DNA of 63,348 bases, filler included, from Licmophora abbreviata (Eukaryota): assembly GCA_900291995.1 (NCBI GenBank). It is 15 parts of 15 records of this genome, joined end to end, with 100 filler letters (N's around TTAATTAATTAA, not from the genome) between each part and the next. Parts side by side here need not be neighbours in the genome. Positions count along the whole stretch, not along the records: positions 22,998 to 29,977 come from OLMU01005298.1; positions 30,078 to 31,210 come from OLMU01005299.1; positions 31,311 to 34,442 come from OLMU01005300.1; positions 34,543 to 44,370 come from OLMU01005301.1; 11 more parts are not named here. One strand, given 5' to 3'. Shown here piece after piece: positions 22,998 to 35,004 of the stretch. Under the pieces are notes generated by a model, which saw only the letters and a program-made list of their open reading frames with translations, had not been told where the DNA came from and did no database searches. Within the stretch, counting starts at the first letter, position 1. Each line of letters starts with the position of its first letter. Position numbers and translations under genes: made by a program.

Positions 22998-23891
22998 AAA
23001 GGCATCATCCAATAGCTTGTTCCAAGCATCAATACTAGTAGCAGTAGTAGTCGTATAGGAACGGATGGGTCGATCGAGTAAACTGGATACGAGTCTAACG
23101 TTGGCACTTCCAAAGGCCTTTTGGTTTTCATTGGACAGTACATAGTCACAGGCTTCCGCGACTGCCACTTTCGTATAGGCCTTTAGAAAGTTCTGAATGA
23201 GCGGTCCCAAGGACCGATCGAGGGATGCCTTGAACTGCTGTGTAATTTGTTGTCGAATGGGACCAATAATGGGGAGTGAGTTGACAATGTTTCCAAAGAC
23301 ATCGATTTTGGATGTAAATTCGCTAATGCCGTCGTACAGGAGGACGGCGACAAGGGAATTGATGGCGTCGGAGGTGAGAAAGGTGCGCACGGCGGGGGCG
23401 TCGTAGGAAATGTCTTGGAGGGAATCGGTGAGTGGGGAGAGGTCGCCGAGGAGGTCGCGGAGGGAACGGTCTTCCTCCTGGAGTCGTTTGTAGAGGGAGT
23501 CCAAGTTGGTGCGAAGGAGACTTTCGGTACTGTCGATGAGTTCCGTGTCGTTCCAGAGTTCTTGGAGGATGAGACGAGCGTCCTGTTGCGGGAGGATACT
23601 CTCGAGATTCTCCTGTTTGGCCCAGTCTGTGACTTGTTTGGAGGAGGCGTAGAGGGGGTGTCGAAATCGAAAGGATGGGCGCGACTGGTAGTAGTAGTCC
23701 AAGTACTTGTATGATGAGGGGCATTTGGTGGAGTGGGTTTTTCTAGTACCGGTAGTACCTGCTGGCAGTAGTACCGGTACCGGTAGTATTGGTGGTTGCA
23801 TCAGAAGTGGCATCCCGAATGGAAGAACTGTCGCAAGCAGCAGAACAACATAGTAGGAACGATGATGCGAATGGATACACATTGACACCAT
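22998..23891 (-). CDS. Conserved-looking hypothetical protein with signal/transit-like N-terminus (3' end lost in gap)
   Basis: Long ORF with hydrophobic YYVVLLLATVLPF, a basic transit-like stretch, then an amphipathic helical domain. Confidence 0.65.
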
Positions 23892-24238
23892 GGTGGATGC
23901 TGATGGATGTTTGTTTTCTGTTGTGTGTTTTGTGTCGAAAGTAAGACGTTTCAAGTTTGTATCATATGTATCATACGTGGCCGGCCAGACGCACGCCGCG
24001 GTATTTATTTTTCAATTTTGCCTTGAACCTTTTTGAGCTGTGTGTTGTTGTTGTTGTTGTTGCATGTCTGTCGTCGTCGTTCCCTCTCTCGTGCAGACGC
24101 AGAGGTAGGTTACGGATGGCTGTACAGTAGTATGAATGGAAATAGATAAGAGAGAGTTCAAGAAGCAAAGCGAGAGAGATTGTACAAATTCACTTTTCAT
24201 GTTCGTAGTATCACCAGCACCAGCATCACGACGCAATC

Positions 24239-25395
24239 ATGACGAGCTCTGTTTCTAGGATTTGCAGAGGGACTATAGTCTCTGCTCTTCCTACTACTAC
24301 TAGAACAAGACGTGGTCTCTTGATCCTAGTGACGATTCTAGTAGTCCTCCTTGGACTTTGGACAGACGTTTGGTACGACAGCACGACCCTCCGTTCTGTT
24401 CTCACTACTACTGCGACGACTACTACACCTCGACATCCGCCAAGTACTACTACTACTACAACAAAAACTTCCACAACTACTCCTACTAGCGATAAGACTC
24501 CCACAAAACCCGTCGTCTACTACAGCATCGCTCGGAACGACCGTTCTGGAATGGTCATTCACAACATGCTCGAGGCCCATGCCTATGCCTTTGATCACGA
24601 CCGAGCTGCCTACGGGGGTGCCTGTCAAATCGAACGACACGTGAACTTTACCAGTGACTCACACCGCGAGTGGTATATTCGCACCAAACGACAGGAACGG
24701 AAGGATACCAAGACATTGATTCATGCCATGGGTCTGGAAGACGTCCTTCATTTTGCCTGTCCTACCAATCGAACGAGTGTGCAAGAAATCATGTTGGCAC
24801 CGAAGATTCGGTATCGTCGCGAAACCAACAGGCATCACTTGTTTACAGAGGAATGGTTGCAGCACATGTTCTCTGTAGTCCACTATCCAACCACAACAAG
24901 CGACGACACCCAAAAAAGAAGAAGACCGTGGCGGTGCATGTGCGGAGAGGTGATGCCAACCCGTGTACAGCCTCGCAGGTGGACTTCGTGCCCCGGTACT
25001 CGCCCAATGCATTCTACTTGGCCGTGCTCGACCGATACTTGCCGGAAGAAGGAGACTACGATATTTCCGTATACTCGGAAAGTCAAACCTTGGAGCCTTT
25101 TGATGTCTTTCGAGAACGCAACTATACGCTCCATCTCGATACGGATCTAGTCTCGGTATGGAGAGCCTTCTTGTCGGCGGATGTTTTATTCATGAGTAGA
25201 AGTTCATTTGCCTATGTGCCGGCCTTGTTAAGACGCAGTGGGAGAGTCATTTACTACAGAGGACCTTCCAAGCTCAAAAGCTGGACCATGGTGGACCAGG
25301 ATTTGATGGACTTTCATGATGCGGAGATTGAGCGCCTATATGCGGAATATTGTACCAAGAACCATTCAGCAGGAACGGACAATGTAATACGATGA
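24239..25395 (+). CDS. Type II membrane glycosyltransferase-like protein (fucosyltransferase-like 'VAVHVRRGD' motif); frameshift at the A6 run 24912-24917
   Basis: TM anchor, Thr-rich stem, RNDRSG, VAVHVRRGD, ADVLFMSRSSFAYVPALL. The two ORFs join if one A is added. Confidence 0.72.
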
Positions 25396-26107
25396 TGGTC
25401 CGTGAATTGTTTTTGAGGAAGCAGATACAGCAGTTGATTCTTGTTTCAGAAAGAGCAGTGGGTGTCACTGTTTCTCCTCGTCCATGCGTCGAAGAGCGAG
25501 GAACGGATGAGACAAGCGACAGGAGCCAGGAGGAGCGCACTTTTCTCTCCTCGTACAGAAACAACTCAAGTAAAGCCAACAGGACTCCGAGTTGCCGGCC
25601 GGCAGACTCTCTAGCTATGGTAAGGCCATGAACTCATGGGTCTAGCACTTTGCATGGCACCCTCAGATCGCGAGAAAATACAAGACGAGGACTAATCGAC
25701 TTCCACTAAGTGTCATAGCATTACCGGAATTTCCGATTGGAAATAGCCGAGCAAAAGCAACCGTTGATCGACGTCATCAAGGCAGGACGGTCTGGCCGCC
25801 GCGTCAACGATCTCGTTCCGAAAAAGCAGAATGCCAACACTCTCCAACATCCATGTTCCTCGCTCCCTCCTTTGTGTTTCTTCTTGCTTCTCGTCTTCTC
25901 TTGCTCATCACTTTGCACAGACTGTGGAATGATTAACGTTTCCTGTCTCCAGAAAAACTGAAATCCAAAATTGGGCCAAACGGCTTCAAAAGACCACGAA
26001 ATCTGAGAGAGTCAACAAAATATACGCCATCGAGTAGGAAAACTGTACGTATACAGGACACACACGCTACAACAAGACTATCGAGTGGTGTACAGCGCCA
26101 TGTCCAG

Positions 26108-26893
26108 ATGATCACCCCCAAAGTCTCAGCTGCTCGTAGACGTGATGCTTATCTCGTTGCGATTCTGCTCCTTGTTGGGATAGGGCTTCGAAGGGACTTT
26201 TTGTCTGACAGTGCCCTGCCTCGCCTTGAAACCACCAGCAGTGTCCGTCAAAAACAAAGAAACATCAGAGAGAATTTGTACTCTGAGGCTCAGTCATTTC
26301 CAACATGCTGTCGGCACATGCCTTTGCCTTTTCCAGTGGAGCAACCTACGGCGGGTATTGTGAGAATGTCACCGATCTGAATTCCACTACTGGGCACCCA
26401 GGAAAGCAGAGACGCCATAGCATAGTGGTGTGAAAGAGCGTCGAATGGATCAAAAGAAATTGCTGGAAGGAATCGGTCTTCAGGATGCGTTGCCCTTTGC
26501 GTGTCCGACCAACAGCACTCACGACCGACTCATGAAGCAAAGATGGACGTATTATTTTGAGTCGAACTGGCGAGTATTTATGGACGCCTGAATGGATCGA
26601 TTACATTCGATCGATGGTCGAGTATCCAGCAAGAAGAGTGTGGCGGTTCATATCCGACGAGGCGACGTCACTCCATGCAGACACGGCCACCAACTCGTAT
26701 TACTTGGCCGTGCTCGACCGGTACTTGCCCGAATTCGAGGCCGACTATGAGGTATCAATATAACTCGGAAAGCATGTCTGTGGAGCCATTTGAAGTCTTT
26801 CAGGAACGCAATTATACACTTCATCTGGACACGGACATTGTCGCGGTTTGGAGAGCCTTCCTGCCACAATCTACCGACTTTGGCGGGGTGTAG
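26108..26893 (+). pseudogene. Degenerate tandem paralog of the 24239-25395 glycosyltransferase-like gene
   Basis: Homologous fragments (YLAVLDRYLPE, EPFEVFQERNYTLHLDTDIVAVWRAFL, gtggcggttcatatccgacgaggcgac) are spread over several frames, with deletions and a truncated 3' end. Confidence 0.75.
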
Positions 26894-27323
26894 CTTCCTG
26901 GGACGACAATGAATGCTAGGTACTCCTATCAGACAAGCCAGCTCTCTAGCAATAGTGGATGGGTTATGATAGTACGATACATAGGAGTAAGTAGACTATG
27001 GAAATCGACGTCATACATATCTCCGGGTCTTTCCACATTGCTTGCACAACCCGGAGAGTGTCGTGCTCGCTCCTGATTGGTCGATCTCAACGGTGCAAAT
27101 TCCGATCCATACTCTCTAGCGTTCTATGAAGAGTGAATCAAACAAACACTGAGAGTGAACCCAACCACCCTTGAAGGACTATACGAACGCTTCAAAGTGT
27201 TCCGAAACGCACCACGCTTGGTTCTCTCTCCAGTTTCAAGTTCGGCACACAAAAAAGAGCCGCAAGGAGACCACGCACCGTGTCTCTTGTGCTCTGCTTC
27301 GAGTCCGTCTTGTACGCTCCACA

Positions 27324-28079
27324 ATGGCAGTCTTTAGTAAACTGCAGTGGAAGCAGGTCTTGACTCACGTGGGCATCGGCATGGCCTCGGCGAGTTTCTG
27401 GCGCGGCGCCTGGTACGTCCTGGACGACCAGCTCTTTCCGGAGAGTCCCGCCACGAGCGCCGCCGCGTCCTTGGCTCTGGGCACGGCAGGCATGGCAGCA
27501 TCGCAGGGACTGGTGCAAAAGAGCGAGCAGTGGGCGCTGCAGCTCAAGAACGCGAGGAACTGCAGTACGACCAGAACGATGCAGCTCAAATTGGCGCGCT
27601 TCGGGGCGCTCTACAGCATTGCAGTGTCGTGTGTACTGGTGTGGCGTGGTACTTGGATGCTCTGGGATGTCTGTTACGAGCGGTGGAGTGGGGAGAGTCC
27701 CACGTCGCCGGTTCATGCGACGCACAGTGGAGTGCTCTCGCATGGCTTTGCGGCTGTCTGTCTCTTGGGCGGCGGATTCTTTGCGTCGGTGCTGGCGCCG
27801 CCGGCGGCGGCCTCGGTCATTCAAGATTTGGCCGTCAAGGCGGGACAGGGCAAGTATGCGGCGGGACCGGCCGGGAGGGTCGCGCAGCACTTGTGGAAGG
27901 GGGGTACAACGGCGACGACGACGACGAGTGCAACAGCAACGGGCAAACCCTTGTCGCGTGCCCTGCATCACAGTACTACTACCAGTACGACGTCTCGGCA
28001 CAGTCTGCCTTCTAGTGGAAGAAGAAGACCAAGCATACCTTCTTCTTATCCCCGCTTCAAGCCAAACAAGGCCACGTAA
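27324..28079 (+). CDS. Fuseless-domain-like multi-pass membrane protein
   Basis: Repeated WRG(A/T)W..(L/W)D motifs (FWRGAWYVLDD, VWRGTWMLWDV) with intervening TM helices. Confidence 0.65.
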   Translation: MAVFSKLQWKQVLTHVGIGMASASFWRGAWYVLDDQLFPESPATSAAASLALGTAGMAASQGLVQKSEQWALQLKNARNCSTTRTMQLKLARFGALYSIAVSCVLVWRGTWMLWDVCYERWSGESPTSPVHATHSGVLSHGFAAVCLLGGGFFASVLAPPAAASVIQDLAVKAGQGKYAAGPAGRVAQHLWKGGTTATTTTSATATGKPLSRALHHSTTTSTTSRHSLPSSGRRRPSIPSSYPRFKPNKAT

Positions 28080-28681
28080 GCGAAGTGATGGGAGGCGATT
28101 CTCATGCTTGCACACCAAGGAGATGTGTGATGCGCCTACTCTACCTTTTTGATACACAACAACAACATTCAACATGTACATGAATCAATCTACGATATCC
28201 ACAGCAGCCTGTCCAGAGAGCGCAATTTTGAAACCTGCAATTATATTTTGTACCACTAGCTATGAGAGTTTTTTCTTCCAAGTAGTGTCTTTGTAGCGAT
28301 TGGATTAACCCTGCTAGCTTCAAAGTGTGTTGGTCGCAAGATGATAGTCTACAGAGGAGGGCTACCGTGGTACCGGTACAGCAGCTTGGCAGACGTTTGG
28401 TAATATCATAGTTGTACCTGGTACCGATAAGCAATATCACCCATTGTAGCTTGTCGGGAGTACCATAGGAGCGTTCAACTTGTCGCACGGTGCGGTAGCT
28501 ACTAGCGACAGTGTACATAGCGCTATGACACTGACACTGCGCGGAGAGTCGAGTCAGTCAGTCGACATTTTGCCACTTTTTTTAAACTGTGTTTTATAAT
28601 AACCATGTCATACGACAATTATGACTGATTCCCTTGAAAGGTAACTTCTTCTTCTTCTTCTTCTGTAGCTTGATTCTTCCA

Positions 28682-29650
28682 TCACGGTCCAAGGGCACCA
28701 GCACCAGTAGTGGTATCCATCTCAAAGGGCTCCACACAAGCGACAATCGGAAAGGCAATCGGGCCGGTGTTGACCACGCGAATCGTATTTCCCATTCCCG
28801 GCGTTTCAATGAGACTAAAGAGCGGACGATCCAAGCCGTCCTCGGTATAGAGCTGAATGGTCTCCTTGATACTGTTGGGTCCCTGCAAGAGTTCGATCCT
28901 AGCATTGAGAGGTCGGCCGTCGGTCTTCAATACGACTTTGACCATTTGGACAGAGGGATCGAACTCGGATGTGTAGACAGAGCCACCCTGGAGTACTCTG
29001 GTGGTAGTCATGGTGTAGAGATCTGAAGGCATCGCGTCGAGGCCTTCGCTAGAAGCGGACGATCCTTCCAGTTCGGGTGCAACATAGGCGTTCAAGGGGT
29101 ACTCGAGTGGCCCGGTGTTGCGGATAAAGACGGAACTCTTGCCTCCCGGGGTCTCCATGACACATCGGAACGGACGCAGCATTCCTTTCTCCATGGTAAT
29201 GTCCATGTTCTGCGGTGTATTATCCGGTCCCTGGACTAGTTTGATGTTTGCCATGAGAGGCATGCCCTCGGTCTCTAACAGTAATTGGACTCGCTCGAGC
29301 GCGGGGGTCGGAAACGACCATGTTCGGAGCGACCCTCCCTGGATGACGAGCGGGGTGATTGCCTCCCACATATCGTGGGCCTGCTGGGATCCCACTCTTC
29401 CACCCGTGGTTTTCAATTCGGAATATTGCCCCGGCATGGCCAGGGGTGCGCCCGCGGGGTCGTCGCCGCCGAACTGGGAACTGTAGGAAGACTCGTACGC
29501 CGTGGTGCTGGAGTACAAGCGGCCGACTGCGGGAGTCTTCGGTCGTGCAGTCTGAAGAGGGCTAAAGGCCAGTATTCCCCATTCGCTGAAATTCAAGACG
29601 CAGAGCGCCAGGAGCGTACTGCTGCGGGTCTTTTTCATCGGCGCTGTCAT
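28682..29650 (-). CDS. Diatom-typical two-repeat protein of unknown function with bipartite-like presequence
   Basis: Internal duplication QGGSLRTWSF...LETEGMPLMANIKLVQGPDN / QGGSVYT...LKTDGRPLNARIELLQGPN; signal peptide ending ILA-FSP. Confidence 0.8.
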   Translation of the reverse strand: MTAPMKKTRSSTLLALCVLNFSEWGILAFSPLQTARPKTPAVGRLYSSTTAYESSYSSQFGGDDPAGAPLAMPGQYSELKTTGGRVGSQQAHDMWEAITPLVIQGGSLRTWSFPTPALERVQLLLETEGMPLMANIKLVQGPDNTPQNMDITMEKGMLRPFRCVMETPGGKSSVFIRNTGPLEYPLNAYVAPELEGSSASSEGLDAMPSDLYTMTTTRVLQGGSVYTSEFDPSVQMVKVVLKTDGRPLNARIELLQGPNSIKETIQLYTEDGLDRPLFSLIETPGMGNTIRVVNTGPIAFPIVACVEPFEMDTTTGAGALGP

Positions 29651-30077
29651 CGTACTGGTCTCATACACTGCTGTCAAGGATGAAGTGATGGCCGGCGATG
29701 AAACAGATTTTGGTTTTTTGCGAACAGAACAAGTTTTGAGATCCATCCCCGACCACCGACCGCCAATCAGAACTGCTTGAAGATCCATGTGCGTCACTCA
29801 AACGCACGGATCGATCTACTTAACGCAGCTTTTTTAATACCTTTATACCAGTATGTATAGTGGTACCCACATTTCGTTAAATACAGGTGACGTGGCAGAG
29901 CAAGTCCTGCACTTGAGACGTCATGCGGGACCCAACATGGGACGCGGGACCCACAAAACAGTCACGGATACCAAAAANNNNNNNNNNNNNNNNNNNNNNN
30001 NNNNNNNNNNNNNNNNNNNNNTTAATTAATTAANNNNNNNNNNNNNNNNNNNNNNNNNNNNNNNNNNNNNNNNNNNN

Positions 30078-31131
30078 AGCCAACTTCCGCGTAGCAGTGG
30101 CCACTGCGATTGGCCGGTCCGATTGTAGTGCTACTACTATTCAAAGAAGAAAGGAGTGCTTCCGCCACGGACTGTCCCATCTTCCAGGCGAACTCTCCAG
30201 TCTTGGGCAAGGCAAATCTCCCTCCAAATGGGACTGTACAGCAGTCTCCAATAACATGAGCGTTGGGGATGCCAGGGATCGTGTTGGTGACCTTGTCAGA
30301 GACCGTAACAAAGCCCTTGGGGTTGAGCGGAATTGCATCTCGCACAAAATCTGGAGCCCGAATCGGCCAGCTGCTCCAGATCAACGAGGCTCGAATAGTG
30401 CTTCCGTTCGAGTAGTGAATGGTCCCATCGTCGTCAATCTTGCTCATGACGTGGTCTCCCAAGAACTCGATTCCCTTTTCCTTCATCTTTTCGTGAAAGG
30501 GCGCTTTCAAAACTGGAGGCATCGGCCAGTCGACCGGACACGTAATGACGACTCGAGCATTCTCGCGTACTTGAGCCTTGCGCAAGGCCTCGTCGACCAT
30601 GCAGGTGAGTTCAAACGGGGCAGGTGGGCACTTGTAAGGATTCATGGAAATGGCATAGACAAACGTAACTTTTTCTTCCTCTTGTTGCGCCTTGGAAATC
30701 AGCTCCTGGAGCTCCATCCGCTGTCGCGGGATCATGTCCATCGTGCAGACATTGACATGCTTCTGTAGACCGGGAATGCTCGTGGGATCCGGAAGGACCC
30801 CACAGGCCACGACAATGTGGTCGTAGGAGAGGTCCGTCCCGTCCTGAAAGACGACCGTCTTTTCTTGCGCACTCCACCGGGTCACAGTCGTGTTGGTGCG
30901 AAGATCGATCCCAGGCAAGTTGGCTTTCTGCAAGGGCCACTGAACAGCGTCAAGGGCGAGACGGTCGTTCCAGACAAACTGCCACAGTCCGCCCATGGAG
31001 AAGTAGTCTTTCGAATCGACCAGAATAACTCGACATTTCGACAGTCCGTCGTTTTCGATGAGCTTCGTGGCGACCGAGAGGCCCCCAAAGGAAGCGCCGA
31101 CAATCAAGACAACGGGAAGAGGCGACGACAT
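30078..31131 (-). CDS. FAD-dependent oxidoreductase of the sulfide:quinone oxidoreductase / flavocytochrome-c sulfide dehydrogenase family (3' end in gap)
   Basis: VLIVGASFGGLSVA (Rossmann), YDHIVVACG, YKCPPAPFE, VIGDC, LPKTGEFA, GHCYAEVG. Confidence 0.8.
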
Positions 31132-31310
31132 GCTTTCACTGATGTCGTCGTCGATTGATGAATCGGACCGCGTACCAGTATCTTCCTTGGAGTCTACTCC
31201 CTCCGTTCGGNNNNNNNNNNNNNNNNNNNNNNNNNNNNNNNNNNNNNNNNNNNNTTAATTAATTAANNNNNNNNNNNNNNNNNNNNNNNNNNNNNNNNNN
31301 NNNNNNNNNN

Positions 31311-31557
31311 CCGACTCCAAGAAACAGAAGATTTCGGGAGTTTCTTCCTTGCCACCCTGGATGGTCAAAGCCCTGGGGCTCTTTATGCCCTTTATGGCTG
31401 AAATGAAAGAAATGCTGCCCATGTGGACCAACGACTATTCGGCGGACGATTCCGACTTTGCAAGACCAATGACGTGGAAGCAACTCCTTATGAGCAGGCA
31501 TTGCAAGAGACGATCGAGTTCTTTGCGTCCTTGAAGGAAAAGGAGCAGGGGAAGTGA
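31311..31557 (+). CDS. C-terminal fragment of an NAD-dependent epimerase/dehydratase-like protein; 1-nt frameshift at T3 31457-31459
   Basis: LPPWMVKALGLFMPFMAEMKEMLPMW...DDSDF then CKT...TPYEQALQETIEFF, a typical extended-SDR C-terminus. Confidence 0.65.
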
Positions 31558-31763
31558 CATTTTGTATGTTTTGCATGTCTGTTGGACATGAGGTATCGGT
31601 ACTCTGGTAGTAGCTCTATACTTTTGTTAGCAGTAGTCAGTCATAAGATGGTCATAGTGCCTTGAGAAAACAGTAGCCTTCCTTCTTGTACTCTCTCCGT
31701 CCGCAAGCGCAAATGCCTTCTCCTGTAGCTGCAACCAAAGAAACGACGGCGCCCACCACAACT

Positions 31764-33430
31764 CTACACATCCACCCCACGAAGCGCCATATTGGTCCCG
31801 ATCGCACCCATGACAACACCCAACACAGCTACAACAGACGCAAGCTTTCCTTCCACACTGCCCTTATCACCTCGTTGACTCAACATGCGACGGAACATTA
31901 TGGCGGGATAGACAAAGACGAGAGCTGTTCCAAAGGTGGCACCGCCTACGGATGCCACCAAGCCCAGATCGGTTAGTTTGGATGCCAGCAGAGTCACGAC
32001 GCCCACGATGCCCAGCGTTAGCTTGTTGGTGAGGCCGGGAGTACGCTTGTCACTGGAGATCTTGAAGAGGTCAAAAATGCCATCGCGAGTTCCGACAAAC
32101 AACAATGGGTAGCTGGAAGCGGAAAGCAACAACAAGAGTGTGAACACAAGCACAATGGAGAAGCTTCATCTTTGTCGTCTAGCACACACCTGAACGTAAT
32201 GGAAATCGCCACTGCAATTCGACTCATGCTCATCAACACATCCTGCGTCGAATAATTGTTGAGAATAAGTCCATTGCTCGCCGCTCCAAACGTCAAGAAC
32301 CCCAAAGCCGTAATGACGCTATACAGCACGATACTCGTGCCAAAACTCAAGGCCGTCATGAGGTTGAAACGTTGCAACGTGTTATTCTTGAGTTCGCGAT
32401 ACAAGGTGGGCGAGAGGAAGTGTGCAATAAAAGCATTACTCAACATGCACATGAGAATCAACGACTGCGGGGATAGTACGCCCGCAGCGCCCGTGGATCC
32501 AAACACGGGTGGTGCCAGTGCCGTCGAGACGAAGGCTCCTCCCTCGGCATAGGACTTTCCAAAGTACCGAACTCCCATGGCAAGCGTCGTGTAGAGCATT
32601 CCAATAATACCCACAAGCGAAAAGGGAGCGAGAGAACTGAGATTCTTCAAAAAGCACAGCGGCATCAAGACCGCCCCCGTGATGCCCAACAAACTCTGGG
32701 TCCTTGTCACGGCCACTCCGAGACTTTTCAACAGGGCGACTCCTGTATCGGCCAGAATCATACTGTAACTTAAGTTTCCCGCAAAGCAGTCAATAAAACA
32801 CGAAAGAGCAATCAGCCAGCTACTCTTAGTTCCAACCGTGGCATCCCAGGCATCACTGTAGGACTGCGTCTTGGTTTGGGCACAGACACGTGCAATCATG
32901 CCAAAGGTGTATGCTGAAATGACGCCCATCAAGGCAATCAAGCCCGTGGCAGGAATCACCGCCGAGGGAGAATTTCCAAATGCAGCAATACCTGTACAAC
33001 AGAGCGTTGTTGGAGAATGGGGGCGAGAGAATGGGCATGTGTTACTTGAGTACAGCTCTCCGACCACGGAAAACCTTCAAAGCACCTCGACTGCAGGCAT
33101 GCAAACGTAGACACCCGACTCACCCGCAGGAAGACTCAAGACGCCCGCTCCAACAATACTCTTAACGAGATTGAAGACCTCATTGGAAATCGTAGTCGTG
33201 CCCTCCCCGGAGGTACTTTCGGCGGCGCCTGCACGCAACGACGACGTTGTCGTCGTTGTTGTGGCTGTAGGAGTAGTGAGTGCTGACTTGTTCCTGTTGC
33301 TGGTGGCTGCGGGACGTCCTACAGACGCGCGACGACGGGGCATCGACAAGGCGGAAGCGACATAGCCCTTATTGCTACTAGTGATTGAAAGGAGAAGAGC
33401 GACGAGCAACAGTGTTTTGCTGGTAAACAT
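31764..33430 (-). CDS. AAAP/Aa_trans amino-acid transporter with bipartite-like presequence; introns 32992-33123, 32113-32189
   Basis: EVFNLVKSIVGAGVLSLPAG, PLCFLKNLSSLAPFSL, AFIAHF, GFLTFG...ILNNY, SYPL. Canonical introns restore the frame. Confidence 0.9.
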
Positions 33431-33854
33431 ATTGAATTTTCGGTGGCGAAATCTGAAATCTGGAAACTGAATCTGAAATTTGAGATACTTCGAGACACCG
33501 TCACGAACAGTTCAAATCTTTCTCAAGCTACAGCAGCTAAAGACTGCAATGAATCCGAAATGCTTTTCAAAGAAGGTTCAGGCACAGCTACGGTGACGAT
33601 GGTGTGTTGGTGTCATCACATCAACGCGCCGCCGATGAAAGTGCCAGCTTTTGAGCGGTTCCAGACGCGATCTTGAGATCTCTCGGAGGACGGACGGACG
33701 GATGGCACATCTCACATCTCTTCTTGTCCGTCGGCTGGCAGACAGACAGGGTTCGTATGTTGCGCGCCCGTCGGCACGTACGTACTTTCTTGAAAAACGG
33801 TTGGCTCTCGTGTCGTCCACTTTTTGTTTCGAACATCAACATTGCATGTTGACA

Positions 33855-34442
33855 ATGGTCGGTGGTCGATTTGCTATCTGTTGCCTCTGGTGGGCATGGC
33901 TGCTGCCACTCAGCAGTCAGGCTTTCGCGCCTGCTCTCCCGAGTCGGACATTGACCACGCCTGCTGCGATTCGCTTGCCTCATCGCAGCAGCGTTCCGAC
34001 ATCACGGGGTCGCACTCTGATTTCGTTGTCGGAAAGCGTCGCCGCTGTTGATGAGATCGACGATTCACCTTCCGATGACCAGGGTACATCTACCATGACG
34101 GCCAGTATCTTTAACCTGGTCAAGGGAATTGTTGGAGCCGGCGTACTCAGTCTTCCTGCTGGGATTGCTGCCTTTGGAAACGCACCATCCGCAGTTGTTC
34201 CTTCTATCGCACTAATTGCTGTAATTGGAACCGTCAGTGGCTACTGCTTTAGTCTGATCGGACGTGTCTGCTCCTTTACGGGTGCCACATCCTATCGGGG
34301 TGGATGGGAAGAAAGTGTTGGGACGGGCAGTAGCTGGTTGCCAGCAATCTCGGTGCTCCTAAAGACACTTTTCGCCGTCTTGGCCTACAGCATGATCCTC
34401 GCCGACACAGGCACGGCTCTGCTCAGCACGATCGGAGTTGAA
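33855..34442 (+). CDS. AAAP/Aa_trans amino-acid transporter, plastid-type presequence (SSQA-FAP); 3' part lost in gap
   Basis: Signal peptide + AFAP; SIFNLVKGIVGAGVLSLPAGIAAFG. Confidence 0.88.
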
Positions 34443-35004
34443 NNNNNNNNNNNNNNNNNNNNNNNNNNNNNNNNNNNNNNNNNNNNTTAATTAATTAANN
34501 NNNNNNNNNNNNNNNNNNNNNNNNNNNNNNNNNNNNNNNNNNTCTTCTAACGAAATGAAACAGCGGCGAAGGTATCCTTCGCCTACCTCCAACAGATTAA
34601 ACTATCTATTGGGGCTTGCTGATGCGTTTCAGTTCTCCTGAAGAATGAGCGAGCCCTTTGCGCTTGCGATCGCAAGCTGACGATAGAACTAGTCCCGGTC
34701 ATTTTAGCAACGCGTTCAACGTTAAGTAGGGAATGACCGGCGAGGCACCGCCTGACCTGGTTGACTTTCTCGAGACCAGCGGGAAAACTCATTCAAAAAA
34801 GACGCGGACAAACTCTACCGGTATGCAAACGCGAACACTCCGCATTCGAAATTGTGATGCCATCGATCGAAATTGACACTAGGCTCTATCCACTCCCCCG
34901 GACATTCTACTTTCATTCTGCTCACAATCTCCCCCGATCGCACCGGTCATAAAATCAAGCATTGACTCTCAAATCTCTGAACACAAGATTCACCAACAAC
35001 CATC

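Noticed and set aside
24911..24918. C AAA AAA G as a programmed -1 frameshift site
   Set aside because: Same pattern as five other 1-nt under-calls, and no obvious stimulatory structure.
27192..28181. Long antisense/alternate-frame ORFs (also 36304-37005, 47056-47883, 17441-18148, 40871-41617)
   Set aside because: Shadow ORFs of GC-rich or low-complexity real genes, with no domain features.
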